Shown here: piece after piece, positions 10,020 through 20,867 of the stretch
Layout of the letters: the number at the start of each line of letters is the position of its first letter
Numbering within the stretch: position 1 is the stretch's first letter
Assembly (NCBI GenBank): GCA_027557655.1
Contig: CP064915.1
Coordinates: 719,808 to 783,807, forward strand
DNA: 64,000 nucleotides
Direction of reading: 5' to 3'
Source: Candidatus Kinetoplastidibacterium crithidiae
GTDB lineage: Bacteria; Pseudomonadota; Gammaproteobacteria; Burkholderiales; Burkholderiaceae_B
Program-made: the position numbers and the translations under genes
The notes under the pieces: model-generated
Told to the model about the DNA's origin: nothing
Seen by the model: the letters and a program-made list of their open reading frames with translations, nothing else
Databases searched by the model: none

Positions 10020-11063
10020 ATGAAACTAGATATCCAACAAGCTATTACCTTTGGTCAAAAAATACTAATAGCACAGGGAGTGCCTGTGGATATTGCATTT
10101 GACGTTTCTGAGCATTTAGTTACTTCCGATCAAGTAGGATATACAAGCCATGGTTTGTCTATCCTACCAACTTATCAGAAAGTTTTAGCAAATGGTTTTA
10201 TTAAAGCAGATGGAAGGCCAGAACTTTTTAATGATCAACCTGCTATTATAGGCTTTAACGGAAACAAAGGCTTCGGTCAACATGTTGGAAAAGTGGTTAT
10301 AAAGCAAGCAATTGACCGTGCAAATAAACATGGTCAATGTATAGTTACAGTTAACAACTGCCATCATTTGGGAAGAATGGGTTATTACGGAGAAATAGCG
10401 GCAGAAGCTGGAATGATTTTATTAGCATTTACAAATGTTATTAATCGCGAACCTACAGTAGCTCCTTATGGGGGGGCTACTGCTAGGATGACTACTAATC
10501 CACTATGTTTTGCAATACCATTACCAAATGGACGCCCATATTTTATAGTTGATATGGCAACTAGTTCTATGGCTATCAATAAAGCTAGAGTTTTAGCTAC
10601 TAAAGGACTGCAAGCTGATAATGGTAGCATGATAGATGCTACTGGTAGACCAACTAATGACCCAAATGTTTTGTTTACAAATCCACCAGGTGCATTATTA
10701 CCTTTTGGTGCACATAAAGGATATGCATTAGGTTTAACGGCAGAACTATTGGCCGGCATACTAACAAATGGCGGCACAATCCAGCCTGGTAACCCAAGAC
10801 TAGGAGCTGCTATGAATAATATGTTTGCCATAATTATTAACCCTGATCTTGTAAACAAAAACAATAACTGGAGAGATTTAGAAAGCAATGCTTATATAGA
10901 CTACTTGCATTCTTGTCCACCACAACCTGGAGTTGATAAAGTACAATATCCTGGTGAGTATGAATACAATAATAAAATTAAAAATAATGAATCTATAGAG
11001 TTTGAAGATTCAATTTGGGAAAACATCTCATCCTTAGCAACTAGGCTTAATGTTACTTTATAA
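10020..11063 (+). CDS. Ldh_2 family (malate/L-lactate/ureidoglycolate-type) NAD(P)-dependent oxidoreductase
   Basis: 347 aa. Family-typical blocks GYTSHGLS, HHLGRMGYYGE, TTNPLCFAIP, DMATSSMAINK and PFGAHKGYALGL. Starts 9 nt after the permease stop, so probably an operon. Confidence 0.8.
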   Translation: MKLDIQQAITFGQKILIAQGVPVDIAFDVSEHLVTSDQVGYTSHGLSILPTYQKVLANGFIKADGRPELFNDQPAIIGFNGNKGFGQHVGKVVIKQAIDRANKHGQCIVTVNNCHHLGRMGYYGEIAAEAGMILLAFTNVINREPTVAPYGGATARMTTNPLCFAIPLPNGRPYFIVDMATSSMAINKARVLATKGLQADNGSMIDATGRPTNDPNVLFTNPPGALLPFGAHKGYALGLTAELLAGILTNGGTIQPGNPRLGAAMNNMFAIIINPDLVNKNNNWRDLESNAYIDYLHSCPPQPGVDKVQYPGEYEYNNKIKNNESIEFEDSIWENISSLATRLNVTL

Positions 11064-11078
11064 ATAAGTTATGCTCTA

Positions 11079-11125
11079 ATACAAAGGATTAATATAACCT
11101 ATTAAATCCTTTGTATTTTTATTTT
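11079..11125 (+). terminator. rho-independent terminator after the permease/Ldh_2 operon
   Basis: Perfect 12-bp stem, ATACAAAGGATT (11079-11090) with AATCCTTTGTAT (11105-11116), and a 14-nt loop, followed by TTTTATTTT. The right arm and T-tract lie inside the last codons of the convergent rodA. Confidence 0.55.
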
Positions 11126-12256
11126 AGATTCATTTTTAATATTCATTAAAAGACCACAAGATATTCCTATATTTAAAAATGCAGATCCGCCATAGCTCAT
11201 AAAAGGTAACGGAACACCTACTACTGGCAATATTCCAGTCACCATCCCTATATTTACAAACACATAAACAAAAAACATCATTGAGATGGAAGCTGATAAC
11301 AATCTAGAAAATGATGTTTTTGCTGATATAGATATTTTTAAACCAAGCAAAATTAATAAAAAATATAATATTAGCAAAAAAATACAACCATATAAACCAA
11401 ACTCTTCTGCAAAGACAGCAAAAATAAAATCAGTCATCCTTTCAGGAATAAAATCTAGATGTGACTGAGTACCTTGCATATAACCCTTACCATATAAACC
11501 TCCAGATCCAATAGCTATCATAGATTGTATTGTATGAAATCCATTTCCTAAAGGATCAGATAAAGGATTTAATAAAGTACAAATTCTATTTTTTTGATAA
11601 TCATGCAAAAAAAACCAACTAACTTCTGAAGAGCAAAGAACATCTTTATAGAAAAGCAATACTAATATCAAAGAAATAATTAATACTACAATAGGAACTA
11701 TTATCCTAAATGATAACCCAGCAAAATATACAACAAAAAAACCAGATGCGAATACTAACAAAGATGTTCCTAAATCAGGCTGAAGAAGAATAAGAAAAAA
11801 TGGAACTATCAAAATTACAAATGCAATAAAAAAATCTCTTTTCTGCAATCTATCATTATTTTGGACTCTATCAAAATACCATGCTAGCATCATAGGAACC
11901 GCGATTTTCAACATCTCTGATGGCTGTATTCTTGTAAATCCTATACTTAACCAACGAGTTGCTCCCTTAGTAGTCTCTCCAAAGAACTCTACACATAAAA
12001 GCAAAAATATGCCAAATATGTAACAAGGTAATGAAAAATTTCTCAGCCATGTTGGAGGTAGTATAGAAACAAAAAACATAGCTAAACATGCAAGAATACA
12101 ATTGTATATTTGAGCTGAAAAACGCAAATCATAGTATCCTACGGCTGAACGTAAAGCAACTAGACCCATAATAGAAAGAACGAAATATATAACTAATATA
12201 AAAAAATCTATACCATTGATGAATCTATGAAAAATATCGTAAAAAGAAAATTTCAT
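11102..12256 (-). CDS. rodA: peptidoglycan glycosyltransferase RodA (SEDS family)
   Basis: 384-aa polytopic FtsW/RodA/SpoVE-type protein, directly downstream of mrdA. Confidence 0.9.
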   Translation of the reverse strand: MKFSFYDIFHRFINGIDFFILVIYFVLSIMGLVALRSAVGYYDLRFSAQIYNCILACLAMFFVSILPPTWLRNFSLPCYIFGIFLLLCVEFFGETTKGATRWLSIGFTRIQPSEMLKIAVPMMLAWYFDRVQNNDRLQKRDFFIAFVILIVPFFLILLQPDLGTSLLVFASGFFVVYFAGLSFRIIVPIVVLIISLILVLLFYKDVLCSSEVSWFFLHDYQKNRICTLLNPLSDPLGNGFHTIQSMIAIGSGGLYGKGYMQGTQSHLDFIPERMTDFIFAVFAEEFGLYGCIFLLILYFLLILLGLKISISAKTSFSRLLSASISMMFFVYVFVNIGMVTGILPVVGVPLPFMSYGGSAFLNIGISCGLLMNIKNESKIKIQRI

Positions 12257-12297
12257 AAAAGCCCTTCTATATAAACCAATGCTATCTCCAAATGATA

Positions 12298-14139
12298 CTA
12301 ATTATTATTTAATAGCCAATAATCAAAAATTTTACGAGCTATAGGGGCTGCTTCTTTTGAGCCCCACCCCCCATTTTCAACAATAATAGCAACAGCAATT
12401 TTAGGATTATTTGAAGGAGCAAATCCCATAAATAAGGCATGATCACGCAATTTCTCATTTATAAAATTAGCATTGTACTTACTACCTCGCAAACTAAATA
12501 CTTGAGCAGTTCCAGTTTTTCCTGCTACAGAATAAGGAGTACGTAAAAAAGCATTTCTAGCTGTTCCATAATTTATAACATCTTCCATAGCAGATTTTAT
12601 GAAACTAACGTTAGAATCCTTTAATAGCACTTGATATAATGGATTATACAAAATTTTTTCTTCTTTTTCTGACATAGGTGACTTAGTTTTATAAACTAAA
12701 TGAGGTTTTCTATATAACCCATTATTTGCTAAAACAGTAAGACCCTGCGCTAATTGTAACAACGTAAATGAATTATAACCCTGACCAACCATTAAAGAAA
12801 TAGTATCTCCTAAATACCATTTTTGCATTTTTTTATTAGAATATTTTTTACGTTTCCACTCAGTTGATGGAAGAATACCTTGTTTTTCACCATCTAAATC
12901 TATATCTAACTTTTGACCAAAACCAAATTGTTTAATAAAGTCGTGTAGTTCATCAACACCCATATCTAGGCCAAGAGAATAAAAATATGTATCAGAAGAA
13001 ACAACTATAGCTTTATACATATCTACCATACCATGAGCAATACTACCTGGATTACGAAACTTCTGACCTCCACATTCAAAATATCCTGGATCCATAATTT
13101 TATCATTAGGACTTCTTTTCCCTAACTCTAAAGCTGCCAACGCTACAAATGGCTTATAAACAGACCCTATTGGATAGGTCCCATATAATGCTCTATTGAT
13201 TAATGGATAATCAAGTGAATTATTAAGTAAACTCCAACTATTTTTATCTATGCCATCTACAAACAAATTTGGATCAAATGATGGCATAGAAACCAATGCT
13301 AAAATTTCCCCTGTATTTGGATCTATTGCAACAACAGCTCCTTTCTTAGAGCCAAAAGCATTAAAAATAGTCTTTTGTAATCCTATATCTATAGATAGAA
13401 AAATATCTTTACCTGGAATTGGATCTATCGACTTTAATACACGAACAGGTTTTCCTGCTGCTGTAACCTCTATTTCTTTAAAGCCTGTATAACCATGCAA
13501 AGTTGTTTCCCAAGTCTTTTCAATGCCTTTCTTACCAATTAATTGACTACCACGATAATTAGCTATTTTAGTATCATCCAAATTACTAAAATCACTGTCA
13601 GATATTCTACCGATATAACCAATAACATGAGAAACTTCATAACAATAAGGATATTCTCTTATCCATCTTGACTTGATTTTTAGTTCTGGGAATTTAAAAG
13701 CATGAGCAGCAAACCAAGACACTTCAAACTCATCTAACTTATTGCGAATAACAATAGGCTTGTATCTACCATACTCTATAATCTGGCGAGCTATTCTACG
13801 CTTATTACTCTCACTGATTTTAATTGCTGGCTCCAACTCTTGGAACAAAGCTTCTAACTTATCAGCTTTTACTGAAGACATCTCTAATGTATAAACACAA
13901 TTACTACAAGCGAGAACTTCCCCATTACGATCAAAAATACTACCCCTCTTTGGAGGCATAGGAACAACAGATATACGATTATTATCAGCCTTCTCAGATA
14001 AGCCTTCATATAAACTAACTTGTAAATACCATAATCTAATTATCAATATACAAAAACCAAACAAAAAAAATAGAACACCTATTATGATTCTTTCTGAAAA
14101 TCTTTTGATTATTTTTACTTGACTATCAAGCTCTAACAT
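12298..14139 (-). CDS. mrdA: penicillin-binding protein 2 (elongasome transpeptidase)
   Basis: 613 aa. N-terminal anchor, PBP dimerisation domain and transpeptidase domain with SxxK (GSVYKP), SSD and KTGT (GKTGTAQ). Position mreBCD-mrdA-rodA. Confidence 0.9.
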   Translation of the reverse strand: MLELDSQVKIIKRFSERIIIGVLFFLFGFCILIIRLWYLQVSLYEGLSEKADNNRISVVPMPPKRGSIFDRNGEVLACSNCVYTLEMSSVKADKLEALFQELEPAIKISESNKRRIARQIIEYGRYKPIVIRNKLDEFEVSWFAAHAFKFPELKIKSRWIREYPYCYEVSHVIGYIGRISDSDFSNLDDTKIANYRGSQLIGKKGIEKTWETTLHGYTGFKEIEVTAAGKPVRVLKSIDPIPGKDIFLSIDIGLQKTIFNAFGSKKGAVVAIDPNTGEILALVSMPSFDPNLFVDGIDKNSWSLLNNSLDYPLINRALYGTYPIGSVYKPFVALAALELGKRSPNDKIMDPGYFECGGQKFRNPGSIAHGMVDMYKAIVVSSDTYFYSLGLDMGVDELHDFIKQFGFGQKLDIDLDGEKQGILPSTEWKRKKYSNKKMQKWYLGDTISLMVGQGYNSFTLLQLAQGLTVLANNGLYRKPHLVYKTKSPMSEKEEKILYNPLYQVLLKDSNVSFIKSAMEDVINYGTARNAFLRTPYSVAGKTGTAQVFSLRGSKYNANFINEKLRDHALFMGFAPSNNPKIAVAIIVENGGWGSKEAAPIARKIFDYWLLNNN

Positions 14140-14148
14140 AAAAATAAA

Positions 14149-14697
14149 TTATTGAACGGTTGGTGAGTCAGAAATGACCGCTGGACGTTGGGGAATAAGC
14201 AAAAACCAACCAACTAATGGCCACATTAAAAGAATAAATAGAACCTCTTTTGACCAGCCCCATCCTACCCATCTAATATTTATCCAAGAAACAAAAAGCT
14301 TACTAATAAATGAAGAAAAAAATAATATGGGAGCAAGATGTACAGCTTGGATAAACAATCCGAAACGCAACAATCTTTTACGAATTACTAAGGCAAAGTA
14401 AGCAAAAAGAGTAAAAAATAAAGCATTTTCTCCCAAAAAAAATGTCCCTTGTACATCTACTAAAATACCAAAACAAAAAGCAGTTAATAAGCCTATTCTT
14501 GATGAATCATGAACACACCAAAATACTATTACTGTCACTAATAAATTTACAGGAAATGAAGGTACTAAAGATAGCATCCAAGATAAAAATATACTACTCC
14601 AAACAAATTTCGCCTGAGCTGGCCTAGCTACTTGATCAGGCTCCACATTACTTGGCATACCAATTCTTCTATATTGGGATAATTGTTTATCTTTCAT
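14149..14697 (-). CDS. mreD: rod shape-determining protein MreD
   Basis: Small polytopic membrane protein immediately after mreC (5-nt gap). Its N-terminus may start at a later Met. Confidence 0.75.
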   Translation of the reverse strand: MKDKQLSQYRRIGMPSNVEPDQVARPAQAKFVWSSIFLSWMLSLVPSFPVNLLVTVIVFWCVHDSSRIGLLTAFCFGILVDVQGTFFLGENALFFTLFAYFALVIRKRLLRFGLFIQAVHLAPILFFSSFISKLFVSWINIRWVGWGWSKEVLFILLMWPLVGWFLLIPQRPAVISDSPTVQ

Positions 14698-14702
14698 TTT
14701 GT

Positions 14703-15551
14703 TTAATTCATTTCTATTTTTAAAACAATAAAGTGACGATAATATTCAGGATGAGCAACAGATTCAGCAATAGCACGAGAGTATCCTGAGATATGATCTT
14801 TTTCAACTTTTATAACTTTAGCTACAGGTAATCCAACTGGAAAAATGCCTCCTATCCCACTTGTTACCAACAAATCATCAATTTTTATATCAAAATTATC
14901 AGTTAAATAACGAACTTCCAATAAACCTGGTATTCCTAATCCAAAAGTGATTAAACGAAGACCATTTCTAGTTATCTGCACTGGAACTGAAACATTATGA
15001 TCAGATACTAAAGCAGCTTCAGCAGTCACTGGAGTTACCCTAATAATTTGACCTACAACACCTCCTTCGCTAATTACAGACATTCCCGGAGAAATACCAA
15101 CTTTGCTGCCTTTATTAAAAATTAAATGTTGATTAAAACTATTATTAGACTCATATAAAATTTCAACTACTATTGAATATTCCTTGATGGAATCTGTAAT
15201 TCCTAGTAATTTACGTAATTGATAATTCTCAGTAGTCAGATGTGAAAGTCTTGTTGTGATTTGAGCCATTTCAATATATTGTTTTTGCAACAATTCATTT
15301 TCTCTACGTATCATATTTGCTGCATTAAACCAATTATTAATACATCGAAAAGTATCTCTAGGAATCAGCACTATACGCTGGAAAGGATAAATAACAACTG
15401 ACACCAGTTTCCTAACCGGCTCTACCGTATTAGGAAATCTAGCATCACAAATTAACAAAATTAAAGCCACTAACAAAGCAATAAACAGCTTGATTTCTAA
15501 AGATATTCCACGCCTAAATAAAGGCCGTACCCCTTGACGCTGTATATCCAT
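14703..15551 (-). CDS. mreC: rod shape-determining protein MreC
   Basis: 282 aa. N-terminal anchor, coiled-coil (ENELLQKQYIEM...ENYQLRKLL) and a beta-rich C-terminal domain, located between mreB and mreD. Confidence 0.85.
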   Translation of the reverse strand: MDIQRQGVRPLFRRGISLEIKLFIALLVALILLICDARFPNTVEPVRKLVSVVIYPFQRIVLIPRDTFRCINNWFNAANMIRRENELLQKQYIEMAQITTRLSHLTTENYQLRKLLGITDSIKEYSIVVEILYESNNSFNQHLIFNKGSKVGISPGMSVISEGGVVGQIIRVTPVTAEAALVSDHNVSVPVQITRNGLRLITFGLGIPGLLEVRYLTDNFDIKIDDLLVTSGIGGIFPVGLPVAKVIKVEKDHISGYSRAIAESVAHPEYYRHFIVLKIEMN

Positions 15552-15583
15552 GTATTACTTTATTACTATCAGTATAAAAATTT

Positions 15584-16633
<1,050 letters not shown>

Positions 16634-16802
16634 TCAGCTTAAAAATAATTTCTTAGAATTCTATCAAACTATTAAAATATAAATTTATAATACTTACGTA
16701 ATATGCTATAAGATATTATAATTTTCAATAGTAGGATAAACTGTTTTTTGTATTAAATAACTGTCAAAACATCATTAAACATTCTAACACATACATTTTT
16801 TT

Positions 16803-17117
16803 ATGGCTCTTAATAAAATAGATATTAATAATATTGCAACTATTTCTAAAATAGAAATCAAAGAAGAAGAAATTGGAATATTTGAGAAAGAATTAAATAA
16901 AGTTATCAAAATAATTGAGAAAGTACAAGATGTACAGATAGATATAGATGCTATAGAACCATTAGTAAGTCCAATTTCTATAATAGATGATTATAAGAAC
17001 CATTTACGTGAGGACGTAACCCCTCAAACATGTTCTCAAGAATTTATGAAAACAATTATTCACAATTCACCAAAATTTGAAAACAATCTATTTGTAGTAC
17101 CTAAAATTATTGAATAA
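16803..17117 (+). CDS. gatC: Asp/Glu-tRNA amidotransferase subunit C
   Basis: 104-aa ORF directly upstream of gatA (2-nt gap) with GatC-like length and pattern. Confidence 0.85.
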   Translation: MALNKIDINNIATISKIEIKEEEIGIFEKELNKVIKIIEKVQDVQIDIDAIEPLVSPISIIDDYKNHLREDVTPQTCSQEFMKTIIHNSPKFENNLFVVPKIIE

Positions 17118-17119
17118 TC

Positions 17120-18646
17120 ATGACAAAAAAACCACTACATACACAATTTAATGGAATAAATGAATTACGCAATGCAATCTTACAAAAAGATATTAGTGTA
17201 TTAGAAATTACAAAAAGTGCTCTAGAAAAAGCCAAAGAATTAGAACACCTCAATATATTTTTGCATTTAGATGAAGAGTTAACATTGCAACAGGCTAAAA
17301 ATGCAGATAAAAACTCTTCAGATTTATCAAGGACATTAATTGGAATACCAATAGCTCACAAGGATAATATTGCAACGAAACAGTGGCGTACGACTGCAGG
17401 TAGCAAAATGCTAGAAAACTATATTAGTCCATTTGATGCTACTATAGTCGAGAAACTAAAAGAACTTGGGAGCATTTCATTAGGCAAGTTGAACTGTGAT
17501 GAATTCGGCATGGGTTCAAACAATGAAAACTCTGCTTATGGCCCAGTAAAGAACCCTTGGGACATAAAGATAACTCCTGGAGGATCTTCTGGAGGCTCTG
17601 CTGCTGCTGTTGCCGCACGTATAGTCATGGCTTCAACAGGGACAGACACAGGAGGATCAATTAGAATGCCTGCTGCACTTTGTGGAGTTTGTGGGATAAA
17701 ACCAACTTATGGAACTGTTTCAAGATATGGTGTTATAGCATTTGCTTCTAGCCTAGATCAAGTTGGAGTCTTTGCTAACAATAGTCTGGATTTATTGGAA
17801 GTAATTAATGCCATTAGTGGCTATGATCATAAAGATTCCACAAGCATTAAAAGGTATTGCTCAGAAGAAATAAAAAATGGTTGGATCAAAAAATCTTTTA
17901 ACAATATTCAAAATACTTTCAAAAAAAATTCTAGCTCTCCACTAAAAAACATCAGAATAGGTATACCAAAAGAATTTTTTAATATGCCGATGAATGAAGA
18001 TATATTAAAAACAACTCAAGAAGCAATACATTTATTTGAAAAACTCGGTGCAGATATAATAAATATATCTATACCACATACAGAAATTGCAATACCAACC
18101 TATTATATAATAGCCTCAGCAGAAGCATCTAGCAATCTAGCTCGTTACGATGGTGTTCACTATGGCTATAGAACATCAAATTTTAAAAACATAGAAGGAA
18201 TGATCTCCCGCTCTAGAGCAGAAGGTTTTGGAAATGAAGTTAAGATACGTACATTGCTTGGAACATATTTGTTATCTAAGAATAATTATGAACAATTCTA
18301 TTTAAAAGCGCAAAAAATACGAAGAATTATACTGAATAGCTTCCAAAAAACGTTCCATACTCAATGTGATCTTATAATGGGTCCAGTAACCACAAAAAAT
18401 ACAAAAAAAATTGGAATAAAGAATATAAATGATACAGACTGGTTAGATGATATATACACAGTAAGTGCTAATTTAGCAGGGTTACCATCAATGTCAATAC
18501 CTTGTGGATTCAATAAAAGTGATGACTCACACCCTATCGGTTTACAAATTATTGGCAACTATTTTTCAGAACCTCTCATGATAGCAACCTCAGATTGTTA
18601 TCAGCAAAATACTAATTGGCATAAAAAATTACCAGATAACATATAG
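17120..18646 (+). CDS. gatA: Asp/Glu-tRNA amidotransferase subunit A
   Basis: Amidase signature GGSSGGSAAAVAA...GTDTGGSIRMPAA. Confidence 0.9.
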   Translation: MTKKPLHTQFNGINELRNAILQKDISVLEITKSALEKAKELEHLNIFLHLDEELTLQQAKNADKNSSDLSRTLIGIPIAHKDNIATKQWRTTAGSKMLENYISPFDATIVEKLKELGSISLGKLNCDEFGMGSNNENSAYGPVKNPWDIKITPGGSSGGSAAAVAARIVMASTGTDTGGSIRMPAALCGVCGIKPTYGTVSRYGVIAFASSLDQVGVFANNSLDLLEVINAISGYDHKDSTSIKRYCSEEIKNGWIKKSFNNIQNTFKKNSSSPLKNIRIGIPKEFFNMPMNEDILKTTQEAIHLFEKLGADIINISIPHTEIAIPTYYIIASAEASSNLARYDGVHYGYRTSNFKNIEGMISRSRAEGFGNEVKIRTLLGTYLLSKNNYEQFYLKAQKIRRIILNSFQKTFHTQCDLIMGPVTTKNTKKIGIKNINDTDWLDDIYTVSANLAGLPSMSIPCGFNKSDDSHPIGLQIIGNYFSEPLMIATSDCYQQNTNWHKKLPDNI

Positions 18647-18655
18647 GATACGCAA

Positions 18656-20101
18656 ATGAACTCCAAATGGGAAACAACAATAGGTATTGAAACCCATGTG
18701 CAACTCTTAACAAAAACAAAAATATTTTCTAGTAGTAATTGCTCTTTTGGTGGAAAACCAAATCAAAATACCGATGAAATAGATATGGCCTTACCTGGTA
18801 GTCTACCTGTTGCTAATCTGGAAGCTATAAAGTGTGCAATAAAATTTGGCTTAGCAGTGAATGCAGAAATATCTTGTGATTCAAGATTTGATAGAAAACA
18901 TTATTTTTATCCAGATTTACCAAAGGGTTATCAAACAAGTCAGTTCTACAAACCCATTTTACAAGGTGGAAACATCTGTTTTTATGAAAACAATGTAAAG
19001 AAAAGAGTAAATCTTGTAGAGGCTCATTTAGAAGAAGATGCTGGGAAATTAATACATCAATCATTCTCAACTGGAATCGATTTAAATAGAGCAGGAATGC
19101 CTTTATTAGAAATAGTAACACATCCTGAAATTTGCTCAGCACAAGAAGCTGTTGCTTACGCAAAAACATTACATAATTTAGTAATGTGGCTCGGTATATG
19201 TGACGGCAATATGCAAGAAGGATCATTTCGTTGTGATGCAAACGTATCTGTGAAACTAAAAAATTCAAAAAAACTTGGAACAAGAACGGAAATAAAAAAT
19301 ATAAATTCTTTTAGATTTCTAGAAAAAGCAATAATATTTGAATACAAAAGACAAATCAACTTATTAGAACAGAATAAATTAGTTATACAAGAAACCAGGT
19401 TATATGATTCTGATAAAAATGAAACTAGAAGTATGCGTAATAAAGAAGATGCTATAGATTATAGATATATGCCTGATCCTGATTTACCTATAATATATAT
19501 AAGCACAGAATTAATAGAAACAATAAGAAAAAGCTTACCAGAATTACCTGAGCATAAAAGGATAAGATTCGAAAAAGAATACAACTTATCAAAATCTGAT
19601 GCCTCACAATTATCAAGCAATATAAATATAGCTAATTATTTCGAATCAATAGTGCTTGAACTACCAAAAGGCAGTGAAAAAATAGTAGCTAACTGGATGA
19701 TCGGCGACCTCAATGCCTTTTTGAATAAATATAATAAAACTATAGAAGATATGCCAATAGGATCAAAAACCATAGCTAACATGATAGAAAAAATAATAAA
19801 TGGTACGTTATCAAACAAAAATGCAAAAGATGTATTTGAAATACTATGGAATAATGAACAAAGTAATATTGACGATATTATAGAGAAGAATGGACTAAAG
19901 CAAATTAATGATGACAGTATTATTATTGATATAATAAACTCTGTTTTAACTAATAATAAAAACATAGTAGAAGATTATAAATCTGGTAAAGAAAAAGCTT
20001 TCAACTCACTAATAGGCAAAATTATGAAAGAAATCAAAGGGAGAGCTGATCCCTCACAAATACGTCAATTACTTCAACAACAGCTCTATAAAGTTCATTA
20101 A
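18656..20101 (+). CDS. gatB: Asp/Glu-tRNA amidotransferase subunit B
   Basis: WETTIGIETHVQL, HLEEDAGK and DANVSV are GatB motifs. 481 aa. Confidence 0.9.
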   Translation: MNSKWETTIGIETHVQLLTKTKIFSSSNCSFGGKPNQNTDEIDMALPGSLPVANLEAIKCAIKFGLAVNAEISCDSRFDRKHYFYPDLPKGYQTSQFYKPILQGGNICFYENNVKKRVNLVEAHLEEDAGKLIHQSFSTGIDLNRAGMPLLEIVTHPEICSAQEAVAYAKTLHNLVMWLGICDGNMQEGSFRCDANVSVKLKNSKKLGTRTEIKNINSFRFLEKAIIFEYKRQINLLEQNKLVIQETRLYDSDKNETRSMRNKEDAIDYRYMPDPDLPIIYISTELIETIRKSLPELPEHKRIRFEKEYNLSKSDASQLSSNINIANYFESIVLELPKGSEKIVANWMIGDLNAFLNKYNKTIEDMPIGSKTIANMIEKIINGTLSNKNAKDVFEILWNNEQSNIDDIIEKNGLKQINDDSIIIDIINSVLTNNKNIVEDYKSGKEKAFNSLIGKIMKEIKGRADPSQIRQLLQQQLYKVH

Positions 20102-20113
20102 AATATTATGAAA

Positions 20114-20791
20114 TTAGTCTATGCCATACGATGATCTATATTTAGATACTTTTTCTGCATGTTCTGCAAAATCTTGATTTTTTTGCACTAAACTTAATAT
20201 GTTTTCAAGAGAAGCTATACTAATGACCGGCAAATCATATTTACTGGAGATGCTATTCGAAGCAGAATTTCCTTTATCAAAAATACTGGAAATTAAATTA
20301 GGTCTTTCCATTCTATCTAAAGCTACTAATACAGCAACTACCTCTGCTCCCTGAGTATGAATGATCTCTATAGACTCATTAACAGAAATACCTGAAGTTA
20401 TTACATCATCTATAACAACAACTTTACCTTGAATTGGAGCTCCTATTAGGATTCCTTTTTCGCCATGAGTCTTTGCCTCTTTACGATTAAAAGCGAATGG
20501 AACTCCTTCATTTATATAATTACTACTTAAGATCATAGATGTTGCTATAACTAAAGGTATGCCCTTGTATGCAGGGCCGAATAGCATATCAAATTGTATG
20601 CTTGATTTTTTCAAAATATTTGCATAAAACCTTGCTAATTTTGCTATAGATTTCCCATCATTAAATAAGCCTATATTAAAAAAATATGGACTTATTCTAT
20701 CTGATTTAGTTTTAAAATCTCCAAATTTCAAAGCACCAATATCTAGTGCAAATTTAACAAAATCTAAAGCTTCATTCTCATCGATAACCAT
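20114..20791 (-). CDS. pyrE: orotate phosphoribosyltransferase
   Basis: The C-terminal 225 aa of ORF 20114..21058 carry the PRPP motif VVVIDDVITSGIS and FGPAYKGIPL. Start set to ATG 20791 (MVIDENEALDF...). The upstream 89 codons are a low-complexity extension overlapping the xthA start region. Confidence 0.85.
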   Translation of the reverse strand: MVIDENEALDFVKFALDIGALKFGDFKTKSDRISPYFFNIGLFNDGKSIAKLARFYANILKKSSIQFDMLFGPAYKGIPLVIATSMILSSNYINEGVPFAFNRKEAKTHGEKGILIGAPIQGKVVVIDDVITSGISVNESIEIIHTQGAEVVAVLVALDRMERPNLISSIFDKGNSASNSISSKYDLPVISIASLENILSLVQKNQDFAEHAEKVSKYRSSYGID

Positions 20792-20867
20792 AAAGACCTC
20801 TTTTATATTAAGCAAAAAACTTCCTAAACTATTAATATTATTGTAATAATATATACATACTATCATT

